A stretch of DNA of 33,841 nt from a virus: the IMG/VR virus record IMGVR_UViG_3300048918_000375, positions 1 through 33,841 of that record. One strand, given 5' to 3'. Below the pieces are notes generated by a model. That model had not been told where the DNA came from and searched no databases. It was given only the letters and a program-made list of their open reading frames with translations. Shown here in pieces: positions 1 through 5,924 of this stretch; the stretch's first letter is position 1; the number at the start of each line of letters is the position of its first letter. A program made the translations under genes and the position numbers.

Positions 1-127
1 GAATAGCGGCGGGCGGGTCGTCGGCCAGCCAGCGGCCGGCGGCGATGGCGTCGCGGGCGGCTTCACAAGTCGCGCGGCTGGTGGCGGCGACCGTCTCCTG
101 GCGCTCGGCCGACCAGGACAGCAGCAA
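1..127. repeat. Terminal direct repeat copy 1 (identical to 33715-33841); circularisation overlap
   Basis: Base-by-base comparison of the two window ends shows 127/127 identity. The repeat lies inside an open reading frame. Confidence 0.95.
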
Positions 128-175
128 GACGTGCGGGTCGAAGGGCAGGGCGGCGGCCAGGAACAGAGCCGGAAT
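1..175 (-). CDS. 5-prime part of the junction-spanning small Cys-containing protein (same gene as 33650-33841); start codon uncertain
   Basis: The minus-strand frame of ORF 33650-33841 stays open and GC3-rich through 128-175 (..IPALFLAAALPFDPHV-LLLSWSAERQ..). No in-frame ATG/GTG is present. Candidate starts are ATT 175, CTG 166 or TTG 127. Confidence 0.35.
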   Translation of the reverse strand, partial: MPALFLAAALPFDPHVLLLSWSAERQETVAATSRATCEAARDAIAAGRWLADDPPAAI

Positions 176-205
176 CTGGTGGCATTTTTGGTGGCGTTTG
201 GTGGC
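176..205 (+). promoter_or_regulatory. attP P-arm: three direct (C/T)TGGTGGC repeats (176-183, 188-195, 198-205), candidate integrase arm-type sites
   Basis: Read directly: cTGGTGGCattttTGGTGGCgttTGGTGGC with 10-12 bp phasing. Related copies occur on the other side of the core. Confidence 0.5.
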
Positions 206-235
206 AGAAAAGCCCGAATCGCCCCGTTTTTGTTC

Positions 236-265
236 TTGCGACCGTCCGGCCGAAATGCCTATAAC
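236..265 (+). promoter_or_regulatory. Candidate sigma70-type promoter (TTGCGA-18 nt-TATAAC) reading into the tRNA-Pro fragment
   Basis: -35 TTGCGA at 236-241 and -10 TATAAC at 260-265, ending 20 nt upstream of the tRNA 5-prime end at 285. Confidence 0.3.
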
Positions 266-284
266 CCGTTGACCCGCAAGGGCT

Positions 285-324
285 CGGGGCGTGGCGCAGT
301 CAGGTAGCGCGTCTGCTTTGGGAA
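285..324 (+). tRNA. Truncated tRNA-Pro(UGG): acceptor 5-prime strand, D-arm, anticodon stem 5-prime strand and anticodon loop only; presumed attP core
   Basis: CGGGGCG-TG-GCGC-AGTCAGGTA-GCGC-G-TCTGC-TTTGGGA matches canonical tRNA-Pro up to the anticodon loop (TGG at 319-321). Downstream AGATGCC cannot pair with TCTGC, and there is no T-arm (no GGTTCGAATCC). It lies 27 bp from the integrase stop. Confidence 0.6.
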
Positions 325-350
325 GATGCCGGGTAATCACCACAAGCCTC

Positions 351-1523
351 TCAATTATCTAGCGTTTTTGCTCCCGAGACGAGCCTTGGTGACACTTTTG
401 GTGCCATTAAACTTGCCGCTTCCATCGCGGCGCGCACCTGGGCGGTGTCGGAATTGGCATAGCGCGCCGTCGTCGCGATGTCGGCGTGCCCGAGCATTTC
501 CTTTACGACGTTGAGGTTGCCGCAGGCGGCCAAGGTGCGGGTCGCGGCGGTGTGGCGCAGATCGTGGAAGCGCAATGCCGGCAACCCGATCGCGTCCCGC
601 GCCGCCATCCAGTCCTTGCGCCAGCCGTCGTGCGTGAAGGGGTAACGCGCGCCTTTCTGCTGCATGACGCCGTGGTGCGGGTCGTGGCGGTTGCGGCGGC
701 AAATGTACGTGAACACGATCTCGCGGTGCCGCCCTTGCTCGCGAGCCAGGAGCTGGGCCAGACCGTCCGTCAGCGGCAGCACCAACAGCTTGCCGCCGGG
801 TCGGCGAGACTTGACCCGGAAGGTGATCGCGCGGCCCTGCCAGTCGATTTGATCCCAGCGCAGGCCGATCGCGTTTTCGAGCCGCACCCCGGCGATCAGC
901 GCGAACTCGATCAGCGGCCAGTAATCCGGCCGCAACGCCTCGAATAGCTCCGATTCCTTTTCCGGGCTGAGGATTGTCTGTGCCTTGTCGGGCTCGGGCA
1001 GCATGACCCGGCGCCAAGCGATGTCGGGGACCGCGACGCGCCAATGGCGGGCGGCGATGATCACCGAGCGCAGCAAGCCTATCTCGCGGTTGATCGAAGC
1101 GTTGGCGCGGTCGCGCAGCTCCAGCTTGCCGCTCTGCTGGTTGCGCGCCTTGCGCACCCGCCGACGGGCGACGTAATCCTCGAGGTCGCGGGTGCCGAGG
1201 CGGTCGATTGGCAGGTCGTTGCCGAGCTCGCGGATCAGCGTCTCACTGTGTCGCCTGATGTCGCCGGCGCTCCTGACGTGCGCGCCGCGGGTTTCCCAAT
1301 AGCGCCCGAGCGCTTCCCCGAGCGTAAATTGCGCCGCGGGTGTCGTGGCGGCGGGCGCTCCTCGACCAGCCTTGGCGGCGGCGAAGACGGCGGCGGCTTC
1401 GGCCTCGGCGCTCTCGCGGGTGTCCGCGCTAAGGCGGTCGCGAAATCGACGACCTCCGACCTGGAAATTGCAATACCAGCCATCCCGGCCTGGTCGCTCG
1501 ATGACGAGGGATTTGCGCCGCAA
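351..1523 (-). CDS. int: Tyrosine recombinase / phage integrase
   Basis: Catalytic signature present: GVRLENAIGLRW (Arg), HDLRHTAATR (H-x-x-R), LGHADIATTARYAN (His..Tyr). Arm-binding-like N-terminus ERPGRDGWYCNFQVGGRRFRDRL. TTG at 1523 has an AGGAG 8 nt upstream. The longer track ORF (to 1898) overlaps the HTH ORF in another frame. Confidence 0.9.
   Translation of the reverse strand: MRRKSLVIERPGRDGWYCNFQVGGRRFRDRLSADTRESAEAEAAAVFAAAKAGRGAPAATTPAAQFTLGEALGRYWETRGAHVRSAGDIRRHSETLIRELGNDLPIDRLGTRDLEDYVARRRVRKARNQQSGKLELRDRANASINREIGLLRSVIIAARHWRVAVPDIAWRRVMLPEPDKAQTILSPEKESELFEALRPDYWPLIEFALIAGVRLENAIGLRWDQIDWQGRAITFRVKSRRPGGKLLVLPLTDGLAQLLAREQGRHREIVFTYICRRNRHDPHHGVMQQKGARYPFTHDGWRKDWMAARDAIGLPALRFHDLRHTAATRTLAACGNLNVVKEMLGHADIATTARYANSDTAQVRAAMEAASLMAPKVSPRLVSGAKTLDN
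386..405 (+). promoter_or_regulatory. attP P-prime arm: two further direct repeats, TTGGTGAC (386-393) and TTGGTGCC (398-405)
   Basis: Same motif and orientation as 176-205, 12-bp phasing, located inside the 3-prime end of int. Confidence 0.4.
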
Positions 1524-1756
1524 GGTCCGCGCTCCTGCTGCTGAAGGTAGTGGGCGAGGTCGCCCGGTTTGAACTTGCGGCGGCTGCCCACCAGCACATA
1601 GCGCAGCCGGCCCGCCTCGATTTCCTGGCTCAGCGTCTCCGAGGTAATGCCGAATGCGCGGCAGACCTCGGTCTGCGGGATCAGCAGCCGGCCTTGGGCG
1701 AGCTCGGTGAGCTGCTCCCAGAGATCGGGGTCGATGCTGGCTGTGGGGGCAGCCAT
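1235..1756 (-). CDS. xis: Excisionase-like HTH DNA-binding protein; only the first ~75 aa look genuine, the rest overprints int
   Basis: LIPQTEVCRAFGITSETLSQEIEAGRLRYVLVGSRRKFKPGDLAHYL fits the Xis/MerR-type HTH pattern. GGAGAG SD 5 nt before ATG 1756. Beyond about residue 76 the frame is an R/P/S-rich shadow of the integrase frame. Confidence 0.6.
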   Translation of the reverse strand: MAAPTASIDPDLWEQLTELAQGRLLIPQTEVCRAFGITSETLSQEIEAGRLRYVLVGSRRKFKPGDLAHYLQQQERGPCGANPSSSSDQAGMAGIAISRSEVVDFATALARTPARAPRPKPPPSSPPPRLVEERPPPRHPRRNLRSGKRSGAIGKPAARTSGAPATSGDTVRR

Positions 1757-1851
1757 CGGTTCTCTCCGAGAGAGGGGGTTGCGTCAGACGACAACTATGG
1801 TCTCCGGTAGCGCTCAACCGCAACACCAATTTGCGCCTGATGCAAACCCGG

Positions 1852-2031
1852 TCAGCGCCGATCGATGCCCAGATTGGCGCCAAAATGGCGCAATTCATCT
1901 CGCAATTCCGTCGCCAGCCAGAGCGCCAGCTCGAGGTCGCCGCGGCGCAAATACTCAGTCAGGCAGCGGGCTTGTCGCTCCATATCCAGCAGTTTGAGCG
2001 CGGCGTCGTTGAGCAAAGAGCCATCCGCCAT
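1852..2031 (-). CDS. Hypothetical small protein (59 aa), below the ORF-track cut-off
   Basis: ATG 2031 has a GAGGAG 8 nt upstream. Translation is MADGSLLNDAALKLLDMERQARCLTEYLRRGDLELALWLATELRDELRHFGANLGIDRR. Same strand as cI-like, xis and int. Confidence 0.45.
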   Translation of the reverse strand: MADGSLLNDAALKLLDMERQARCLTEYLRRGDLELALWLATELRDELRHFGANLGIDRR

Positions 2032-2172
2032 TCCCCGTTCTCCTCAAGTTCGCTGAGGAAATCGGCGCTTCCCGGCAAACCTGGGTTACGCTCTGAGCAA
2101 ACCACAATGCCGAGATGCAGATGGTGGCTCAATAGGGTTTTTGCCGGATGCAACGTTGCCCACACAGCAAAG

Positions 2173-2709
2173 CTAGAGTTCTTCTGGTTCTTTCGTTGGC
2201 AGCGCGTGCGGCACCGACGCTGCGTAACGGGCAAATATCTCAGCCAGCTCCTCGGCATTGCGCACCACCTGGTCGGATATCCGGCTGGCTTCCTTGATCC
2301 GCCGCTCGATCTGATCGAGGCGAGGCACCACCTCGCCACGCAATTCCGCCAACTCGCCCTTCAACCGGCCGATCAGTTGATGCATTTCAACGATGCCGGT
2401 AAAGCCGGGGCCCACCCTGGTGGCGGGTTCCGTCTCTGCCTTAGGCGCAGACTCGAGGCTCGGGGATGTTGTCTCGGGCGGCAACCGGCTGACCAAATCG
2501 CCGATCGTGCAGTTGTAGGTCCTCGCCAGGGCGTTGAGCGTCTGCGGCGTCCAAGGAGCGGCGCCCGATTCAAGCCGCGACAGCCGGCCCTTTGACCAAC
2601 CGTGCAGCCGCTCGACTTGGCTTTGCGTCATGCCATTCGCCTGCCGCCACTCTTTGAAATAAACCGGCGGCAGCTCAGCGTTAGGATCGGTAAAGCGGTG
2701 GTTCGCCAT
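2173..2709 (-). CDS. cI-like XRE-family HTH repressor with coiled-coil C-terminus (no S24 peptidase domain seen)
   Basis: FKEWRQANGMTQSQVERLHGWSKGRLSRLESGAAPWTPQTLNALARTYNCTIGDLV is an HTH_3/XRE pattern. Divergent from the cro-like gene. ATG 2709 is preferred over the TTG at 2760. Confidence 0.75.
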   Translation of the reverse strand: MANHRFTDPNAELPPVYFKEWRQANGMTQSQVERLHGWSKGRLSRLESGAAPWTPQTLNALARTYNCTIGDLVSRLPPETTSPSLESAPKAETEPATRVGPGFTGIVEMHQLIGRLKGELAELRGEVVPRLDQIERRIKEASRISDQVVRNAEELAEIFARYAASVPHALPTKEPEEL

Positions 2710-2832
2710 GTACTCTGTCCAGCAACTTTTCGCCGGCGCTTTTTTTTGCGCTATCGGCAAGGCGCGGGCAAGCGAAATGTATAGTTAACCCGCGATATCA
2801 GGCCAATATCCTGCCTTAAAACCAGGCGCGAC

Positions 2833-2853
2833 AATTTGCCGTGTCTGCAAATT
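2833..2853. promoter_or_regulatory. Inverted repeat AATTTGC-N7-GCAAATT in the immunity intergenic region (candidate operator)
   Basis: Read directly. ACAATTTGC recurs at 2994-3002. Confidence 0.35.
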
Positions 2854-2891
2854 CGGGATGCGGCTGGCGCCAATCTGGTCGAATCGGGCGC

Positions 2892-2920
2892 TTGACGAGG
2901 TTGCAACCGATGGCAACCAT
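2892..2920 (+). promoter_or_regulatory. Candidate rightward early promoter/operator: TTGACG -35 box followed by the perfect palindrome GGTTGCAACC (2899-2908) and a GGCAACC half-site (2912-2918)
   Basis: Read directly. The -10 is poor (AACCAT), so the promoter call is weak. The ATG of the cro-like gene is only about 7 nt further, so the transcript may be leaderless. Confidence 0.25.
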
Positions 2921-2926
2921 AGGCCG

Positions 2927-3280
2927 ATGCCCGAGCCCGCCGAGTTGCACGACAGACAACCTCGCCACCCGCTGCGGCACTATCGCGACCGGCACAATTT
3001 GCGCCTTGCCGATCTTGCCGCACGCGCCGGGATGAGCGCCGCCGGGCTGTCGCGCATCGAAGCCGGCGCCACCGAACTGCCCGGGTGCGGCGTCATCTTG
3101 GCGCTGGCGACTGCGACCCAGCACGAGGTCGGCGAAATCGACATCTTCCGCTGGCATTTCTACGCCGCCACCGGCGCGCAGGCCGTCGCCGGCACGATCG
3201 GCTACCAGCCTTTGAGAGGGCCCAGCGTCGCTGCCGCGCCGCCGGCAGCACTCCCCGTCAAGGAGGCGTGCAGCCTCTAA
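2927..3280 (+). CDS. Cro-like XRE-family HTH regulator
   Basis: LRHYRDRHNLRLADLAARAGMSAAGLSRIEAGATE is an HTH_3 pattern. Divergent from the cI-like gene. Internal ATG 2927 chosen within track ORF 2858-3280. Confidence 0.65.
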   Translation: MPEPAELHDRQPRHPLRHYRDRHNLRLADLAARAGMSAAGLSRIEAGATELPGCGVILALATATQHEVGEIDIFRWHFYAATGAQAVAGTIGYQPLRGPSVAAAPPAALPVKEACSL

Positions 3281-3313
3281 GCCCACGAACTCATTCTGCC
3301 CAGAGGGACAACT

Positions 3314-3901
3314 GTGGCCCAATCGCTGTCATCCGCCGCCGAGCACTCCTCCCTCTCCAACAGCGCCGCCCGCGCCGAGCTCATCCGCGACGCGGTGCGC
3401 TGGCTCGCCGAGCGCGAGGCCGAGCTGAAGGCGGCCAACGCCGAAATCCGCGAATACAAGCAAAAGCACATCAAGGGCGACCTCGGCTTTAAGCTGGCCG
3501 ACTGGAACGCGGTCTACCGGGTCTCGCAGCTCGAGGTCGAGGACCGCAACGAGTTGCTCGACTGCATCCGCGAAGGTTTCGATGCGCTCGGCATCGGCCA
3601 GGTCGTCGATTGGGTCGTCGCGGCGCAAGCGACGCCGAGCCGTCGCGGCAATGGCTACGCCGAGCCCGACGAGGAGGCCCGCACCGCCGGCCGCCAGGAC
3701 GGGCTCGCCGGCGTCATCGATCACGCCGCGCGCTACCCACAGGGCGAGCCGGGTCACGCCGACTACATGCTCGGCCGCGCCGAGGGCGAAGCCGAGCGGG
3801 ACCGGGTCATGGCGTTGGGGGAGGGCGCCGAGGCACCGCAGCGCCGCCGCGGGCGGCCGCGCAAGCAGCAGCAGGAAACCGAGGCCGACGCGGAGTTCTA
3901 G
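3314..3901 (+). CDS. GapR/DUF2312-like protein with acidic/basic C-terminal extension
   Basis: A coiled coil followed by KGDLGFKLADWNAVYRVSQLEVEDRNELLDCIREGFDALGIG resembles the DUF2312 pattern (K-G-x-GF ... R ... ALG). GTG 3314 has a GAGGGA SD 5 nt upstream. Confidence 0.4.
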   Translation: MAQSLSSAAEHSSLSNSAARAELIRDAVRWLAEREAELKAANAEIREYKQKHIKGDLGFKLADWNAVYRVSQLEVEDRNELLDCIREGFDALGIGQVVDWVVAAQATPSRRGNGYAEPDEEARTAGRQDGLAGVIDHAARYPQGEPGHADYMLGRAEGEAERDRVMALGEGAEAPQRRRGRPRKQQQETEADAEF

Positions 3902-3937
3902 CCGGTGGACGGCGAGATACTGCCCGCTAAAATGAAA

Positions 3938-3960
3938 CGCCGGGCGTTGGAGGCCCGGCG
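3938..3960 (+). terminator. GC-rich hairpin (8-bp stem CGCCGGGC/GCCCGGCG, 7-nt loop) after the GapR-like gene; weak U-tract
   Basis: Read directly. It is followed by CTTCGG, so it could be an attenuator or RNA stability element rather than a strong terminator. Confidence 0.35.
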
Positions 3961-3977
3961 CTTCGGAGGAGCACGCG

Positions 3978-4049
3978 ATGAGCAAGCATCGCAAGCTCTC
4001 GCTGAGGATTATCGTGATCCTAATCGTCAGGGTCAAGATCGTCCGCTAA
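3978..4049 (+). CDS. 23-aa basic/hydrophobic mini-protein MSKHRKLSLRIIVILIVRVKIVR
   Basis: GGAGGA SD 7 nt upstream of ATG 3978. AT-richer than its surroundings. Single hydrophobic stretch. Confidence 0.35.
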   Translation: MSKHRKLSLRIIVILIVRVKIVR

Positions 4050-4104
4050 TCAGCGAGGATGGTCAACCCGTCGCAAGGCGGGTTGGCCTCCCCCGGAGCC
4101 GGCC

Positions 4105-4782
4105 ATGATCCTGGCTCTCGACAACGCCACAAGGCTCGGCTTTTGCCAAGGCGTCATCGGCGCATCACCCACTTGGGGAGCGCACGATTTCGGCCGCAAC
4201 CGTTCCAACGGCGAGGTGCTGTCGGCCTTCCGCACCTGGCTCTGCCGCAAGGTCGACGAGATCCAGCCGACGATCGTCGTCTTTGAGTCTCCCTACATGC
4301 CCGGGCCGAATAGCCGGTTTTCGGCGCCGGCCAATGCCCTGACGATCAGGCGGCTATTCGCCTTCGCCGGCTTTACCGAGGCGGTCTGCGTCGAGCGCCG
4401 CGTGCGCTGCTATGAGGCGCGCCCCTCGGAGATAACTCGCGCCTTCCTCGGCGGGCCCGCACCGCGCCAGCGAGCGGAGAAGAAGGCGGCGACAGTGAAA
4501 ATGGCGCGGCTGCTCGGATATGCCGTAGCCGACGACGACGAAGCCGACGCGGTCGCGCTGTGGTGCTTTGCCGAGAGCGTCTTCGCGCCCGCGATGATCT
4601 CGCGGCGGCGCGCCACGGTTGGCCTCGAACTCGCGCTCCACCCGCCAAACGAAGACGCCCGGCAGGCGCGATCTGCCGGGCGTCAGGGGTCGTCGGCACG
4701 CCACAAGAAATCTGGGGGATCATCTAATGGCAGAAAATCAAATACGACAACCACCGGCGAATTACAATTCGCCGCCGGATGA
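4105..4782 (+). CDS. RuvC-like Holliday junction resolvase
   Basis: MILALDNATRLGF (catalytic Asp), VVFESPY (Glu) and DDDEADAVALW (Asp) fit the RuvC-fold signature. The last ~50 aa are low complexity. Confidence 0.7.
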   Translation: MILALDNATRLGFCQGVIGASPTWGAHDFGRNRSNGEVLSAFRTWLCRKVDEIQPTIVVFESPYMPGPNSRFSAPANALTIRRLFAFAGFTEAVCVERRVRCYEARPSEITRAFLGGPAPRQRAEKKAATVKMARLLGYAVADDDEADAVALWCFAESVFAPAMISRRRATVGLELALHPPNEDARQARSAGRQGSSARHKKSGGSSNGRKSNTTTTGELQFAAG

Positions 4783-4843
4783 TTTCCGCCTCGTAAGCCG
4801 CGGGCCGCAAAAGCCCCGCCTCAGCGTGCGAGGCCATTTATGA
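4727..4843 (+). CDS. Possible 38-aa ORF overlapping the resolvase 3-prime end
   Basis: GGGGGA lies 8 nt before ATG 4727. Its stop overlaps the next ATG (ATGA at 4840). It conflicts with the tail of 4105-4782, so it is uncertain. Confidence 0.25.
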   Translation: MAENQIRQPPANYNSPPDDFRLVSRGPQKPRLSVRGHL

Positions 4844-5019
4844 CTTGGCCCGCCGCATACCGAATCGCCGACGACCAGATCGCTTTCTGGAAGCGCACCG
4901 GCATCACCGCCGACGAGGCGACAAGAGCGCTGCAATGCGACTTCCCAGCACAGTGGCGCCGGGTGCGCGAGCAACTCGCCTGCTGGGCGATGCTGCATAA
5001 AGACCGTTGGGAGGACTGA
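4840..5019 (+). CDS. Hypothetical 59-aa protein (MTWPAAYRIADDQIAFWKRTGITADEATRALQ...)
   Basis: GAGG lies 6 nt upstream of ATG 4840. High GC3. It ends 2 nt before the next gene, whose SD (GGAGGA) lies inside it. Confidence 0.5.
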   Translation: MTWPAAYRIADDQIAFWKRTGITADEATRALQCDFPAQWRRVREQLACWAMLHKDRWED

Positions 5020-5021
5020 AA

Positions 5022-5924
5022 GTGTCGCAAGCGCCGATGATGCCGGTATGGCCCGACGCCCTGATCGGGGACACGCTGCATCTCAGCGCGGAACAGTTCG
5101 GCGCCTATCTCCTGCTGCTGTTCGCTACCTGGCGAAACAACGGCAAGCCTCTTCCCGACGACGACAGAAAACTGGCGCGGATCTGCCGTTGCAGCCTCGC
5201 CCATTGGCGGCGCGCGCTGCGCCCGACCGTAATTGAGTTTTTTCAAATAGATGATGGGTTTTTGCATCAGTTACGGCTCGAATCGGAGTGGAATTTCGTG
5301 CTCAAAACGAGGGCCATACGTGCGATTTTCGGTTCTGCGGGTGGCCGTGCTAAGGCATTGAAAATGCCAAACTCAGGCATAGCAAAAGCTACGATTTTGC
5401 TAGAGAAAAATCCTAGCAAAACTGTAGCAACCCATACCCTTAAGAAGAAAGAAAGAGAGAGCCTTGAGGATGTTACTGCGCACGCGCGCGTAATAGGCTC
5501 GTCCGACACAAAGACAAGGCCCTCTCTCAAGATTTTAGAAAAGAATCAGGAAGGCGAAGCGGAGCCGCGGCAATCGCCCGGCGAAATCCCCGAAGGATGG
5601 CTTGCCGCAGCCGAAGCGGCCCGCGACGAGGCGCAGCTCGAACCCGTCAACCTGCTGCTGGAGTGGGGCAAGTTCGCAGCCCGCGCCGACGGACCCGTCG
5701 AACTGCGTCGCTGGATCGAGTGGAGCCTGCGAGCCTGGGTGAGCCGCGCGCCGAAAGCCCAACCCAACGGCACCGTGCCGGCCGAAGCCGTGGCCGAAAC
5801 CCCGTGGGCCGCCCGCATGCGGCAGTGGCAGATCGATGGCTGGTGGCTGCCCAGCTTCGGACCCAAGCCAGGCGAGCCCGGATGCTTCGTTCCGCCGGAA
5901 TATCTCGCAGAGGCCGCCGAATGA
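5022..5924 (+). CDS. DUF1376 (YdaU-like) domain protein, probable replication-associated
   Basis: N-terminus PVWPDALIGDTLHLSAEQFGAYLLLLFATWRNNGKPLPDDDRKLARICRCSLAHW matches the DUF1376 pattern. GTG 5022 is preceded by GGAGGA. Confidence 0.65.
   Translation: MSQAPMMPVWPDALIGDTLHLSAEQFGAYLLLLFATWRNNGKPLPDDDRKLARICRCSLAHWRRALRPTVIEFFQIDDGFLHQLRLESEWNFVLKTRAIRAIFGSAGGRAKALKMPNSGIAKATILLEKNPSKTVATHTLKKKERESLEDVTAHARVIGSSDTKTRPSLKILEKNQEGEAEPRQSPGEIPEGWLAAAEAARDEAQLEPVNLLLEWGKFAARADGPVELRRWIEWSLRAWVSRAPKAQPNGTVPAEAVAETPWAARMRQWQIDGWWLPSFGPKPGEPGCFVPPEYLAEAAE
5354..5461. repeat. AT-rich repeat cluster inside the DUF1376 gene: candidate origin of replication
   Basis: Palindrome GGCATTGAAAATGCC (5354-5368). 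Inverted repeat TAGCAAAA-N7-TTTTGCTA (5380-5402). Further TAGCAAAA (5414-5421) and TAGCAA (5425-5430) copies. Purine tract AAGAAGAAAGAAAGAGAGAG (5441-5460). Confidence 0.4.

Noticed and set aside
1-127. The terminal repeat as attL/attR or a biological long terminal repeat
   Set aside because: The repeat lies inside a coding frame that reads through the junction. The real att-like element (tRNA fragment plus arm repeats next to int) is at 176-405. The exact 127-bp length fits an assembly overlap. Only read-end analysis could fully exclude a DTR.
285-360. A complete tRNA-Pro gene
   Set aside because: Only the 5-prime half is present. Sequence after the anticodon loop cannot form the anticodon stem, and no T-arm or acceptor 3-prime strand exists. 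It is treated as an attP core fragment.
1524-1898. N-terminal 125-aa extension of the integrase in track ORF 351-1898
   Set aside because: This stretch overlaps the well-formed HTH (Xis-like) ORF in another frame. It translates to R/P/A-rich low-complexity sequence and contains no integrase-like features. A TTG with a good SD at 1523 coincides with the start of the arm-binding-like domain.
1831-2595. 254-aa plus-strand ORF spanning the cI-like gene region
   Set aside because: It is antisense to the XRE repressor gene and the small 1852-2031 ORF, has low-complexity translation and shows no start-site signals.
5597-5920. N-terminal extension of the HNH-like ORF (track ORF 5597-6532)
   Set aside because: It overlaps the 3-prime part of the DUF1376 gene in another frame with Arg-rich shadow translation. 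ATG 5921 overlaps the DUF1376 stop (ATGA) and starts the lower-GC segment.
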